Below the pieces are notes generated by a model that was given only the letters and a program-made list of their open reading frames with translations, did not search any database and was not told the origin of the DNA. From NCBI GenBank assembly GCA_963785725.1, contig CAWAWS010000017.1:167176-231175 (forward strand): a DNA stretch of 64,000 bases, given 5' to 3'. Below, in pieces: positions 45,158 through 57,441 of this stretch. Positions within the stretch are counted from its first letter, which is position 1; the number at the start of each line of letters is the position of its first letter. This DNA comes from an uncultured delta proteobacterium. GTDB lineage: Bacteria > Myxococcota_A > Polyangia > Palsa-1104. Made by a program: the position numbers and the translations under genes.

Positions 45158-46670
45158 CTACTGGCGGCGCTTGGCCATGACGGAGTGCGTGCGGCCGTAG
45201 GCGAAGTAGATGATGAAGCCGATGGCGAGCCACACGATCAGCCGGATCCAGTTCTCCGCCGGCAGCGAGAACATCAGCAGGAGGCAGGAGGCGATGCCCA
45301 GGATCGGCGTCAGCGGCACCAGCGGCGCACGGAACGGCCGCTCGGCCTCCGGATGCGTCTTGCGCATGATCAGCACCGCCGCGCAGACGATCACGAACGC
45401 GAGCAGCGTGCCGATGTTGACGAGCTCGGCGAGGATGCGCAGCGGCAGCCAGCGCGGCCATGATGCCGACGGCGATGCCGGTGAGGATCGTCGACTTCCA
45501 CGGCGTGCGGAACTTCGCGGATGCACGGCGCCGAAGAAGCAGTGCGGCAAGCAGGCCGTCGCGCGCCATCGCCAGGAACACGCGCGGCTGGCCGACAGCA
45601 TCATGACCAGCAGGACCGACGTGATGCCGGCCAGGGCGCCGAGCGAGATCAGGAACTGCGCCCACGGCAAGCCGACCTGCGCGAAGGCGTCGGAGACCGG
45701 CGCGTCGATGTTGATCTTGTCGTACTGGACCATGCCGGTGAGGACGGCGGCCATGAGGATGTAGAGGATCGTGCAGATCACGAGCGAGACGATGATGCCG
45801 ATCGGCACGTCGCGCTTGGGGTTCTTGGCTTCCTCGGCCTGCGTCGAGACGGAGTCGAAGCCGATGTAGGCGAAGAAGATCGTCGCCGCGCCGGCGAGCA
45901 TGCCGAGCGGGTCGCCGGCTTTGTCGGTCTGGCCGGCGATGGTGTGGCCGAAGAAGCTGACGCCGGTCCAGCCGAAGGGCGCGAACGGATGCCAGTTGAC
46001 CGGCTTGACGTAACATCGAGCCGACGACGATGACGAAGAGCACGATGGCCAGCTTCAAGATCACCATCGACGGTGTTGAAGCGCGCCGACTCCTGAATGC
46101 CGACGACCAGGATGACCGTCGATGATGGCGGTGATGAGCGAACGCCGGCAAGTCGAACGCAGGTGCCGGTGAGCGCCAAGTGGCCGCTCTCGGGATCGAA
46201 GTCGAAGGGCGCGTTGCAGATGATGGCCGGCAGCTTGCACGCCGCAGGAGGCCGATGAAGTCCTGGAAGTAGTGCGACCAGCCGTGCGCGACGGTGGCCG
46301 AGGCCGACGGCGTATTCGAGCACCAGGTCCCAGCCGATGATCCAGGCGAAGAGCTCGCCCAGCGTCGCGTAGGCGTAGGTGTAGGCCGAGCCGGCGACCG
46401 GGCACCATCGAGGCGAACTCGGCGTAGCAGAGCGCGGCGAAGATGCAGGCGATGCCGGCGACGACGAACGAGAGCATCAGCGCCGGTCCCGTCTTGTCGT
46501 GCGCGGCGACGCCGGTCAGGACGAAGATGCCGGTGCCGATGATGGCGCCGACGCCGAGCGCCGGTCAGCGTCACCGGGCCGAGCACGCGCTTGAGGCGAC
46601 CCGCGCCTTCGCCTTCCGCCTCTTTGAGCAGCAGGTCGAGCGGCTTGGTCGCGAAAATATTGTGTGACAT
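45158..46670 (-). CDS. APC-family amino acid permease (CAT-like), many frameshifts
   Basis: LKRVLGP, CYAEFASM, FFAYIGFD, EEAKNPKRD, NIGTLLAF distributed across frames. Confidence 0.88.
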
Positions 46671-46686
46671 TTGGCGGCGACTCTAC

Positions 46687-46702
46687 TGGCCCGGGTGTTG
46701 CT
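46687..46702 (+). promoter_or_regulatory. Putative sigma54 promoter
   Basis: TGGCCCG-GGTG-TTGCT, one mismatch from TGGCACG-N4-TTGCW. Confidence 0.65.
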
Positions 46703-46860
46703 CTTGCAATTGGAATTACGTCGAGAACAGGAGGGTTCGATGATGAGCCGTTCTCGCAGCCGCCGGTGGCACGCGTGGCGATGCGGTCGACCGCGGGCGG
46801 ACGGTCCGGCGCTCGCGTAACGACCGAGTCGCGGCGCGGAGTCGTGTTACAACGGCGCCG

Positions 46861-47898
46861 ATGCGGCGATTCGTCGCCTTTACGGCGCTGTTGGTGCTCC
46901 TCGACGTCGCGCTCGTCTGCGCGCGCGCCGGGCGTGGCCACGCCGCCGGCGGCAGCGATGGCAAGCAGCCGGTGCGCGTCGGGCTCGTCTTCGACGTCGG
47001 CGGCCGCGGCGACAAGTCGTTCAACGACTCGGCTTGGCGCGGCCTCGACCGCGCCGTCCGCGAGCTCGGCGTGCAAGCCGAATACATCGAGCCCGGCGAA
47101 GGCAGCGATCGCGAGAGCGGCATCCGCCTGCTCGCCGCCAAGGGCTTCGACCTCATCATCGGCGTCGGCTTCATCTTCAGCGACGATCTGTATGCGATGG
47201 CGGGCGAATACACGCGCACCCGCTTCGCCTGCCCCGACTACGCCAAATTCGACGCGCACGGCTTCGTCGTCCCGCCGGCCAACATGGTCGCGCTCAAGTT
47301 TCGCGAGGAAGAGGGCTCGTTCTTGGTCGGCGCCTTGGCCGCGCTCGTGTCGCAGACGCACGCCGTCGGCTTCGTCGGCGGCATGGACATCCCGCTCATC
47401 CACAAGTTCGAGGCCGGTTATCGCGCCGGCGCCAAGTATGTCTGCCCCGAATGCCGCGTCTTCGTCGGCTATGCCGGCGTCACCGGCGACGCGTTCAAGA
47501 ACCCCGCCAAAGGCAAGGAGCTGGCGCTGTCGCAATATGGCAACGGCGCCGACGTCATCTTCCACGCCGCGGGCACGACCGGGCTCGGCGTCTTCGAAGC
47601 GGCGCGCGAGACCAACAATTACGCCATCGGCGTCGACGCCGACCAGTGGAACGAAGCGCCCGGCCGCGTGTTGACGAGCATGACGAAGGAGCTCGAGGTC
47701 GGCATCTACGAGACGGTCAAGCGCGTGCGCGACGGCAATTGGCAAGGCGGCGTCTTGCAGTTCGGCTTGCGCGAAAAGGGCGTCGACTACGTCTACGACG
47801 AGCACAATCGCGCGCTCATCGGCGACGCCGTGCACGCGCGCGTGGAGCAGCTGCGCGCCGACATCATCGCGGGAAAGATACAGGTTCCAGACAGATGA
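46861..47898 (+). CDS. BMP-family nucleoside ABC substrate-binding protein
   Basis: GGRGDKSFN, GFVGG, GADVIFHAAG.TG.G, IGVDADQ. Confidence 0.94.
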   Translation: MRRFVAFTALLVLLDVALVCARAGRGHAAGGSDGKQPVRVGLVFDVGGRGDKSFNDSAWRGLDRAVRELGVQAEYIEPGEGSDRESGIRLLAAKGFDLIIGVGFIFSDDLYAMAGEYTRTRFACPDYAKFDAHGFVVPPANMVALKFREEEGSFLVGALAALVSQTHAVGFVGGMDIPLIHKFEAGYRAGAKYVCPECRVFVGYAGVTGDAFKNPAKGKELALSQYGNGADVIFHAAGTTGLGVFEAARETNNYAIGVDADQWNEAPGRVLTSMTKELEVGIYETVKRVRDGNWQGGVLQFGLREKGVDYVYDEHNRALIGDAVHARVEQLRADIIAGKIQVPDR

Positions 47899-47905
47899 TC
47901 GCCAG

Positions 47906-49456
47906 ATGACGACGCCCGACCTGGCCAACGAAGCGATCGGCTGCGCGCACGTGTGGCGGCGCTGCGGCAACGGCGTCATCGCCAATCGCGACATCTCGTT
48001 CTCGGTGGCGCGCGGCGAGATCCACGCCGTCATCGGCGAGAACGGCGCCGGCAAGACGACGCTCATGCGCGCGCTCTACGGCATCACGCCGCCCGACGAA
48101 GGCGACGTGCGCATCGGCGGTGTCGTGGTCGCGCGTCCGTCGGTGGCCGAGTCGATCGCGCGCAAAGTGGGCATGGTGCATCAGCACTTCATGCTGGTGC
48201 CGACGCTGACGGCGGCCGAGAACGTCGTGCTCGGCCAGGAGCCGCGCACGACCTTCGGCCTCTTCGTCGACGAGAAGCGGGCGGCGCGCGAGCTCGGCGA
48301 GCTGTCGGCGCGTTATGGCCTGAGCGTCGATCCGACGCGGCTGGTCTCGTCGCTGAGCGTCGGCGAAGCGCAGCGCGTCGAGATCCTGAAGGTCTTGTGG
48401 CGCGGCGCCGAGGTGCTCATCCTCGACGAGCCGACCGCCGTGTTGACGCCGCCGGAGGTCGCGCAGCTGTTCGCGGTCCTGCGCACGCTCGTCGCCGGCG
48501 GCAAGACGGTGATCTTGGTGACGCACAAGCTCGACGAGGTGCTGGCCTTGGCGACGCGGGTGACGGTGCTGCGGCGCGGCGAGGTGGTGGCCGCGCTCGA
48601 CGCGCGCACGACGACGGCGGCCGAGTTGGCGCACGCGATGATCGGCCGCGATCCGGCGCCGGCGCCGCCGCGCGCCCAGGCCGTCGCCGCCGATGCCCGC
48701 GAACGGCTGCTCGTCGAGCGGCTGAGCGTGCGCCGCGACGACGGCTCGCTCGCCGTCGACGACGTCAGCTTGCACGTGCGCGCCGGCGAAATCTTGGGCA
48801 TCGCCGGCGTCGAAGGCAACGGTCAGGCCGAGCTGATGCTGGCGTTGGCGGGCGTCGTCGCCGCGGCCGGCGGTCGCGTCGTCGTCGACGGCCACGACGT
48901 CACGGCCGGCGGCGTGCACGCGCGCCAACGGCTCGGCGTCGGCCACGTGCCCGACGATCGGCTCGCGCGCGGCGTCATCGTCGACTTCACGCTCGCCGAG
49001 AACGTCCGCCTCGGTCGCGACGCGCTCGACGGGGACGCGCTCGCCGCCGAGACCGCGCGGATCATGGCGCAGCTCGACGTGCGTCCGCCCAATCCGCAGG
49101 CGACGATGGCGGAGTTGTCGGGCGGCAATCAGCAGAAGCTGGTCGTCGGTCGCGAGTTGGGGCGGCCGCCGGCGGTGCTGTTGTGCGCGCAGCCGACCCG
49201 CGGCGTCGACGTCGGCGCCGTCGAGCGCATCCACGCCGCGCTCGCCGACGCGCGCGCCCGCGGGCAGGCGCTGCTGCTCGTCTCCGCCGATCTCGACGAG
49301 CTGTGCGCCTTGTCCGACCGCATCGCCGTCCTCTATCGCGGTCGCGTCGTCGGCGTCGTCGACAATGGCCGCGGGCCGGCGAGCGACGGCGCCGCCGGCC
49401 CGCGTGACGACGTCCGCGCCCGCGTCGGCGCGCTCATGCTCGGAGCCGCGGCGTGA
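47906..49456 (+). CDS. Nucleoside/sugar ABC ATP-binding protein (two domains)
   Basis: GENGAGKTT, GMVHQHF, LDEPTA, GVEGNGQ, LSGGNQQK, QPTRGVD. Confidence 0.95.
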   Translation: MTTPDLANEAIGCAHVWRRCGNGVIANRDISFSVARGEIHAVIGENGAGKTTLMRALYGITPPDEGDVRIGGVVVARPSVAESIARKVGMVHQHFMLVPTLTAAENVVLGQEPRTTFGLFVDEKRAARELGELSARYGLSVDPTRLVSSLSVGEAQRVEILKVLWRGAEVLILDEPTAVLTPPEVAQLFAVLRTLVAGGKTVILVTHKLDEVLALATRVTVLRRGEVVAALDARTTTAAELAHAMIGRDPAPAPPRAQAVAADARERLLVERLSVRRDDGSLAVDDVSLHVRAGEILGIAGVEGNGQAELMLALAGVVAAAGGRVVVDGHDVTAGGVHARQRLGVGHVPDDRLARGVIVDFTLAENVRLGRDALDGDALAAETARIMAQLDVRPPNPQATMAELSGGNQQKLVVGRELGRPPAVLLCAQPTRGVDVGAVERIHAALADARARGQALLLVSADLDELCALSDRIAVLYRGRVVGVVDNGRGPASDGAAGPRDDVRARVGALMLGAAA

Positions 49457-50517
49457 CGCCCGCTGCCGCAAAGGCGCGCGCCGCCGCGATTTACGTCGCG
49501 CCCGCCGTGTGGGCCGCGCTCATCGCCGTCGCCGCCGCGTCGCTCTTGATTCTCGCGGTCGGCGGCGCGCCGCTCGAGGTCTATCGCCTCCTCATCGCCG
49601 GCACTTGGGGCAACGGCTACGGCATCGGCCAGGTGCTGTTCAAGACGACGCCGCTCATCTTCACCGGCCTCGCCGTCGCGGTCGCGCTGCGTGCCGGCCT
49701 CTTCAACATCGGCGCCGAAGGCCAGCTCACCGTCGGCGCCTTTTGCACGGCGCTGGCCGGCATACACCTCGGGGCGGCGCCGGCCGTCGTCGCCGTGCCG
49801 CTCGCGCTCGTCGCCGGCGCGGCCGGTGGCGCGTTCGCCGCCGCCATCGTCGGCGCGCTCAAGGCCTGGCGCGGCGCCCACGAAGTCATCAACACCATCA
49901 TGCTCAACTTCATCATCCGCGCCGCGATGGTCGGCGTCGGCGCGCACCTGTTCGAACGCGAGCAGATCCACACGGCGCCCATCGCCGCCACGGCGCGGCT
50001 GCCGCGGCTCGGCGACTGGCTGCCGTCGCTGCACGGCTCGGCCGCCAACCTGTCGCTGCTGCTGGCGCTGGCCGTCGCCGCCGCCGTCGGTTGGCTCTTG
50101 GCGCGCACGCGCGTCGGCTTTCGCCTGCGCGCCATCGGCGCCTCGCCCGCCGCCGCGGCCACGAGCGGCATCGCCGTCGGCCGGGTGCAGCTCGGCGCCA
50201 TGGCCTGGTCGGGCGCCATCGCCGGCCTCGTCGGCGCCAACTTCGTCCTCGGCTACAAGCACTACTACGAAGACGGCTTCTCGGGCGGCATCGGCTACAT
50301 GGGCATCGCCGTCGCCGTCCTCGGTCGCGCGCGGCCGCTCGGCGTCGTCCTGGCGGCGCTCCTGTTCGGCACGCTCTCGCAAGGCGCGCTGGCCGTCAAC
50401 GCGCTCGTGCCCAAGGAGCTCGTCGACGTCATGGTCGCCGTGCTCATCTTCGCCGTCGCGGCCGTGGCGCCGGCGGTGCGCGCGTGGCTCGTGCGGCTCG
50501 CCGGAGCGGCGCGATGA
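49453..50517 (+). CDS. Nucleoside ABC permease 1
   Basis: GLFNIGAEGQ, HEVINTIMLN, GIAVAVLG. Confidence 0.93.
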   Translation: MTPAAAKARAAAIYVAPAVWAALIAVAAASLLILAVGGAPLEVYRLLIAGTWGNGYGIGQVLFKTTPLIFTGLAVAVALRAGLFNIGAEGQLTVGAFCTALAGIHLGAAPAVVAVPLALVAGAAGGAFAAAIVGALKAWRGAHEVINTIMLNFIIRAAMVGVGAHLFEREQIHTAPIAATARLPRLGDWLPSLHGSAANLSLLLALAVAAAVGWLLARTRVGFRLRAIGASPAAAATSGIAVGRVQLGAMAWSGAIAGLVGANFVLGYKHYYEDGFSGGIGYMGIAVAVLGRARPLGVVLAALLFGTLSQGALAVNALVPKELVDVMVAVLIFAVAAVAPAVRAWLVRLAGAAR

Positions 50518-51383
50518 TCGCCGCGCTCCTCACGCTCGGCTTCGCCGCCGCCGTCGTGCGCATCACGGTGCCGTACGCGCTGGCCGCGCTCGGCGGCACG
50601 CTGTCGGAGCGCTCGGGCGTCATCAACATCGCCCTCGAAGGCTTGCTGCTCGCGGGCGCCTTCTCGGCGACGTTGGGCGCCTTTTACGGCCACGGCGCGC
50701 TGCTCGGCATTCTGGGCGGCGTGTTGGGCGGCGTCGTCGTGGCCGCGCTCTACGCCTTGCTCGTCGTCAGGCTCGGCGGCGATCAGATCGTCTGCGGCGT
50801 CGCGCTCAACCTCTTCGTCGACGGCATGACGCGCTTTTGGCTGAAGGCGACCTTCGACTCCTCGTCCAATTCGCCGCGCATCGACGCCTGGGGTCACGTC
50901 GGCGGACCGCTCATCGTGCTGACGATCGGGCTGGTGGCGCTGGTGCAGCTGGCCGTCTATCGCACGCCGTTCGGCCTACGGCTGCGGGCCGTCGGTGAAA
51001 ACCCGGAGGCGGCGCGCTCGCTCGGCGTCGACCCGGCCGGCGTCCGCTGGCAGGCGCTCTTGGCCGCGGGCGCGCTGGCCGGCCTCGGCGGCGCCTGGCT
51101 GGCGGCCGATCAACGCCAATTCGTGGCCGGCATGTCCAACGGTCGCGGCTACATCGCCCTCGCCGCCATGATCTTCGGCCACTGGCGGCCGGCCCGCGCC
51201 GCCGCCGCCTGCTTGCTCTTCGGGCTGGCCGAGGCGCTGCAAATTACCTTACAAGCCGCAGGTGTAGGGGTTCCCGCGTGGGCGGTGCAAATGCTCCCGT
51301 ACGTGCTTACGATGGTCACGCTCGCCGGATTCATCGGCCGCCCCACGCCGCCCGCAGCGCTTGGTCGGCGTGAGGACCGATGA
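50514..51383 (+). CDS. Nucleoside ABC permease 2
   Basis: SERSGVINIALEG, GLRLRAVGENP, GRGYIALAAMIFG.W, LPYVLT. Confidence 0.93.
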   Translation: MIAALLTLGFAAAVVRITVPYALAALGGTLSERSGVINIALEGLLLAGAFSATLGAFYGHGALLGILGGVLGGVVVAALYALLVVRLGGDQIVCGVALNLFVDGMTRFWLKATFDSSSNSPRIDAWGHVGGPLIVLTIGLVALVQLAVYRTPFGLRLRAVGENPEAARSLGVDPAGVRWQALLAAGALAGLGGAWLAADQRQFVAGMSNGRGYIALAAMIFGHWRPARAAAACLLFGLAEALQITLQAAGVGVPAWAVQMLPYVLTMVTLAGFIGRPTPPAALGRREDR

Positions 51384-51439
51384 CGCGCGACGACTGACTG
51401 TTTGATTTGACTGTTAGTGCATGATATCAAGAGGATCCA

Positions 51440-52738
51440 ATGCCCAAGCAGATCCTGCTCGTCGATGACAGCGTCACGATCCAACGCGTGGTCGAGCTGA
51501 CGTTCGCGCACGAGGACTACAAAGTCGTCGCCGCCAAGAGCGCCGACGAAGGGCTGGCCAAGGCGCGCGAGCTCAAGCCGGACATCGTGCTCGCCGACTC
51601 GGGCATGCCCGGCAAGAGCGGCTACGACCTCTGCTCGGCCTTGCGTAACGAAGCGTCGTTGGCGGGGACGCCGTGCCTGATTCTGGCCGGCAACTTCTCG
51701 CCCTACGACGAAGGGCGCGGCCAGAAGGCGGGCGCCGACGGCTTCGTCGTCAAGCCGTTCGAGACGCAGGCGCTGATCGACAAAGTGGCCGACGCCATCG
51801 CCAAGAAGGGGACGCGCGCCACCGCGTCGCCGAGCGCGCCGACGCCGGTGCCGCCGACGCTGCCGTCCGCCGTGCCGCCCATCGCCTCGATCGCGCCGGC
51901 GCGTCGTGACGACAGCGTCGAGATCTCGATTGACCGCGGTGACAAGCCGACCGCGCCGCCGGTCGCGCGTCCGCCGTCGATGCCGGCGCCGATGGCCGCG
52001 CCGCCGGCGCCGCCCGCCGCGCCGCGTCCGCCGGTCGCGCCGCCGACGGCCGCGCCAACCGCGCGCACGATGATGGGCATTCCGGCGCCGACCGCGCCGC
52101 CGCGCCCGGTGATGACGCCCGAGCCGCTCGGCAAGCCGCTGTCGATGGTCGCGCCCGACTCGCCCGCCGTCCGTCCGCCGTCGCTGGTGCCGCCGCTCGC
52201 GCCGCCGCCCGTCGTTGCCGCCGCGGCACCGCCGGCGCCCGCGCCGCGCGCCGTGACGCCGACGATGCCGGCCTCGGTGCCGCAGATGCCGCGCGCGACG
52301 CTGATCCCGAACGTGCCCACGCCGTCGCCGGCGCCGCCGACCCCGCCCGCCGCCAATCGTCCGCCGCCGCCGCGCGCGACGCTGATGGGGATTCCGACGG
52401 TCAACCCGGCCAATCTGCCGCCCGGCGCCGTCGCGCTGCCGGCGTCGCTGGGCAAGCCAGCCGCGCCTTGGGCGCCGCCGGCGACGCAGCCGTCGATGCC
52501 GGTCGTGTCGCCGAGCGCGCAGCACGCGACCGCGCCCAGCCCGGCGCATGCGCCGATGGTGTCGGCTGTGGCCGATCGTGTCGTCGGTGAGCTGGCCGCG
52601 CGCGGCCCCGAATACGAGGCCGTGGCGCAAGCGTCGCGCGAGATGATCGAGCGCATCGCCTGGGAGATCATTCCCGAGCTGGCCGAGACCATCATCAAAG
52701 AGCAGCTCGATCGCCTGGTAGCCGAACGTCAGAAGTAG
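51440..52738 (+). CDS. romR: Polarity response regulator RomR
   Basis: N-terminal receiver, long Pro-rich linker, C-terminal [28 protein letters not shown]; adjacent to valS. Confidence 0.88.
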   Translation: MPKQILLVDDSVTIQRVVELTFAHEDYKVVAAKSADEGLAKARELKPDIVLADSGMPGKSGYDLCSALRNEASLAGTPCLILAGNFSPYDEGRGQKAGADGFVVKPFETQALIDKVADAIAKKGTRATASPSAPTPVPPTLPSAVPPIASIAPARRDDSVEISIDRGDKPTAPPVARPPSMPAPMAAPPAPPAAPRPPVAPPTAAPTARTMMGIPAPTAPPRPVMTPEPLGKPLSMVAPDSPAVRPPSLVPPLAPPPVVAAAAPPAPAPRAVTPTMPASVPQMPRATLIPNVPTPSPAPPTPPAANRPPPPRATLMGIPTVNPANLPPGAVALPASLGKPAAPWAPPATQPSMPVVSPSAQHATAPSPAHAPMVSAVADRVVGELAARGPEYEAVAQASREMIERIAWEIIPELAETIIKEQLDRLVAERQK

Positions 52739-52782
52739 TATTCCCCTTCGACGTTTCGCACCCTTTAACCAGGCCTTGCCAA

Positions 52783-55575
<2,793 letters not shown>

Positions 55576-55598
55576 GGGAGTGAAACGTAGGAAGCTCC

Positions 55599-55697
55599 AA
55601 CATCATGGTCGCTGGCTCAGACAGTCCTCGGAGCCGTTTCACGTCGCTGACGCGACGAGAAACAGCTCCTGTGGAACTCGCCAGCGACCATGATGTT
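55599..55697. repeat. 99-nt palindromic/hairpin element
   Basis: Perfect 18-nt inverted repeat (55599-55616 / 55680-55697) enclosing further paired stems. Confidence 0.8.
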
Positions 55698-55897
55698 TCC
55701 GCTTGGGGGTTCGGAGCCGGGGCGCGATTGGGGGGCGGTGGGCGAGTCATTCAGTTCCTTCGCCTTGGGGGGAATGCGCGGCCGAGTGTGGGGGGCTGGC
55801 GAGCTGCTGGTTTGCGGTTGAATGTAGCTGCGGGTTTGCGTGGCTTGCGGTTAGCGGTCGGCTGCGGCGGCGTGGGGATTGGTGGTAAAATCGCGGC

Positions 55898-56470
55898 GTG
55901 AGTATGGCTGGCTTGGTGTTGGATCCGGCGGATTGTGGGGTTGTCGTCATTGATTGCCAGGTGAAGCTGGCGAACGCGATGCCGAGCGAGCGGTTGGGTG
56001 CGGTCGTCAGGAGCTTGCTCGCCTTGGTCGAGATGGCGGCGCGGCTGAAGCTGCCGGTGTGCGCGAGCGAGCAGTATCCGCAAGGGTTGGGGCCGACGTT
56101 GCCGGTGTTGAAGGAGGCGTTGGCGAAGGTCATGCCGCCGACGCGCTGGGTGGAGAAGCTCGACTTCAGCTGCTGCGAGACGCCGCTGTTTCAGCAATTC
56201 TTGGCGAGCGGACGACGGACGTTCATCGTCTGCGGCATGGAGACGCATGTCTGCGTGTATCAGACGGTGCGGGCGATGGTGGCGCGCGGGCTGCGCGTGC
56301 ATGTGCCGGGCGACGCTTGCATGTCGCGCAGCGACGAGAATTGGCGCGTCGGCATGGACTTGATGACGCGCGCGGGCGCGGTGCCGACGTCGACGGAGAC
56401 GGTGCTGTTCGACCTCGTCAAGCGCGCGGAGGGGGAGAATTTCCGCGCGCTGACCAAGCTCGTGAAGTAG
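55898..56470 (+). CDS. Isochorismatase-family hydrolase (YcaC-related)
   Basis: IDCQ, SEQYPQGLGPT, K..FSC, GMETHVCVYQT. Confidence 0.93.
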   Translation: MSMAGLVLDPADCGVVVIDCQVKLANAMPSERLGAVVRSLLALVEMAARLKLPVCASEQYPQGLGPTLPVLKEALAKVMPPTRWVEKLDFSCCETPLFQQFLASGRRTFIVCGMETHVCVYQTVRAMVARGLRVHVPGDACMSRSDENWRVGMDLMTRAGAVPTSTETVLFDLVKRAEGENFRALTKLVK

Positions 56471-56613
56471 CGCTCAGCTGCGGCAGTCGCAGTCGAGCGT
56501 CTGGAACGCAGCGGAGTTGGGCCCGGCCGTCGCGGGCGGCGTCGTGGCGCAGTCCAGGGGCTCCGAGTAGCCGCCGAACGTCGCGTCGCCGCCGATGTTG
56601 CAGGAGAGCGGCG

Positions 56614-57411
56614 TCAGCCGGCGCGCAGGCGGGCGAGGCGGGCGGCGGCTTCGGCCATGCGGCGCGGCTCGTGGACGCGGCGGGCGCGCCAGACGAGGTT
56701 GTGCGGCGTCACCGTCGGGGGCACGAGCGGCAGCACCGTCGTTTCGTAGCCGGCCGCTTCCAGGCGCAGCGTGCGCTCGGCGTCGATGAGCGACATGACG
56801 AAGCGGCGGCGCACCTCGGCTTGGCGCGGCAGGCCGAGCCGCTCGGCAGCCGCTTCGGCGACGGGCGCGAACGGGACGGCGCGCGCGTAACAGCAGGGCA
56901 CGAGCAAGAGCCAGCGCGCCTCGGCGGCGACGGCGGCGTCGAGGATGGCGTCGGAGGCGGCGCCGCACGCGTGCAGCGCGGCGACGACGTCGGGGCGCGC
57001 CGGCCAGGACGCACGATCGGCCACGTCGCCGACGACGACGTGCAGCTCGGCCGCTGATTTCGGCGCTGTTTCCACGCTCGCTGCTGCCGTGGCTTCTGGC
57101 GCCGTTTCGGGCGCCGCTAGCCACGCCGGCAGCCGGTCGAACGCCATGCGACAGGCGTCTGCACGCGCTGCGTCACGCTCGATGACGTGCAGCCGCTCGG
57201 CGCCCACCAGCGCCGCCGCCAAGATCGCGACGTAGGCTTTGCCGGCCGCGGCATCGACGAGGAGCCGGCCTTTGCCCACGTGCGGCCGCAGCGCCTCCAG
57301 GAATGCCGCTACCTCGACCGCTTTCTTGCGATCCTCACGCCGCAAGGTCGTCCCGGCGACGGCAATGAACAGCGCGTGTAGAACACGTTCGACGGTCTCC
57401 GCCTCGATCAC
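56614..57411 (-). CDS. Putative SAM-dependent methyltransferase
   Basis: VDAAAGKAY, ALHACG.ASD, VPCCY, TPHN. Confidence 0.85.
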   Translation of the reverse strand: MIEAETVERVLHALFIAVAGTTLRREDRKKAVEVAAFLEALRPHVGKGRLLVDAAAGKAYVAILAAALVGAERLHVIERDAARADACRMAFDRLPAWLAAPETAPEATAAASVETAPKSAAELHVVVGDVADRASWPARPDVVAALHACGAASDAILDAAVAAEARWLLLVPCCYARAVPFAPVAEAAAERLGLPRQAEVRRRFVMSLIDAERTLRLEAAGYETTVLPLVPPTVTPHNLVWRARRVHEPRRMAEAAARLARLRAG

Positions 57412-57441
57412 GTCGCCATTGTAGTGCTAGTATCGGCGCCG

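Noticed and set aside
52739..52782. T-box leader for valS
   Set aside because: Gap is only 44 nt and has no T-box motif
55599..55697. Assignment as SRP RNA or 6S RNA
   Set aside because: No GGAA tetraloop or SRP helix-8 signature; shorter than typical 6S RNA
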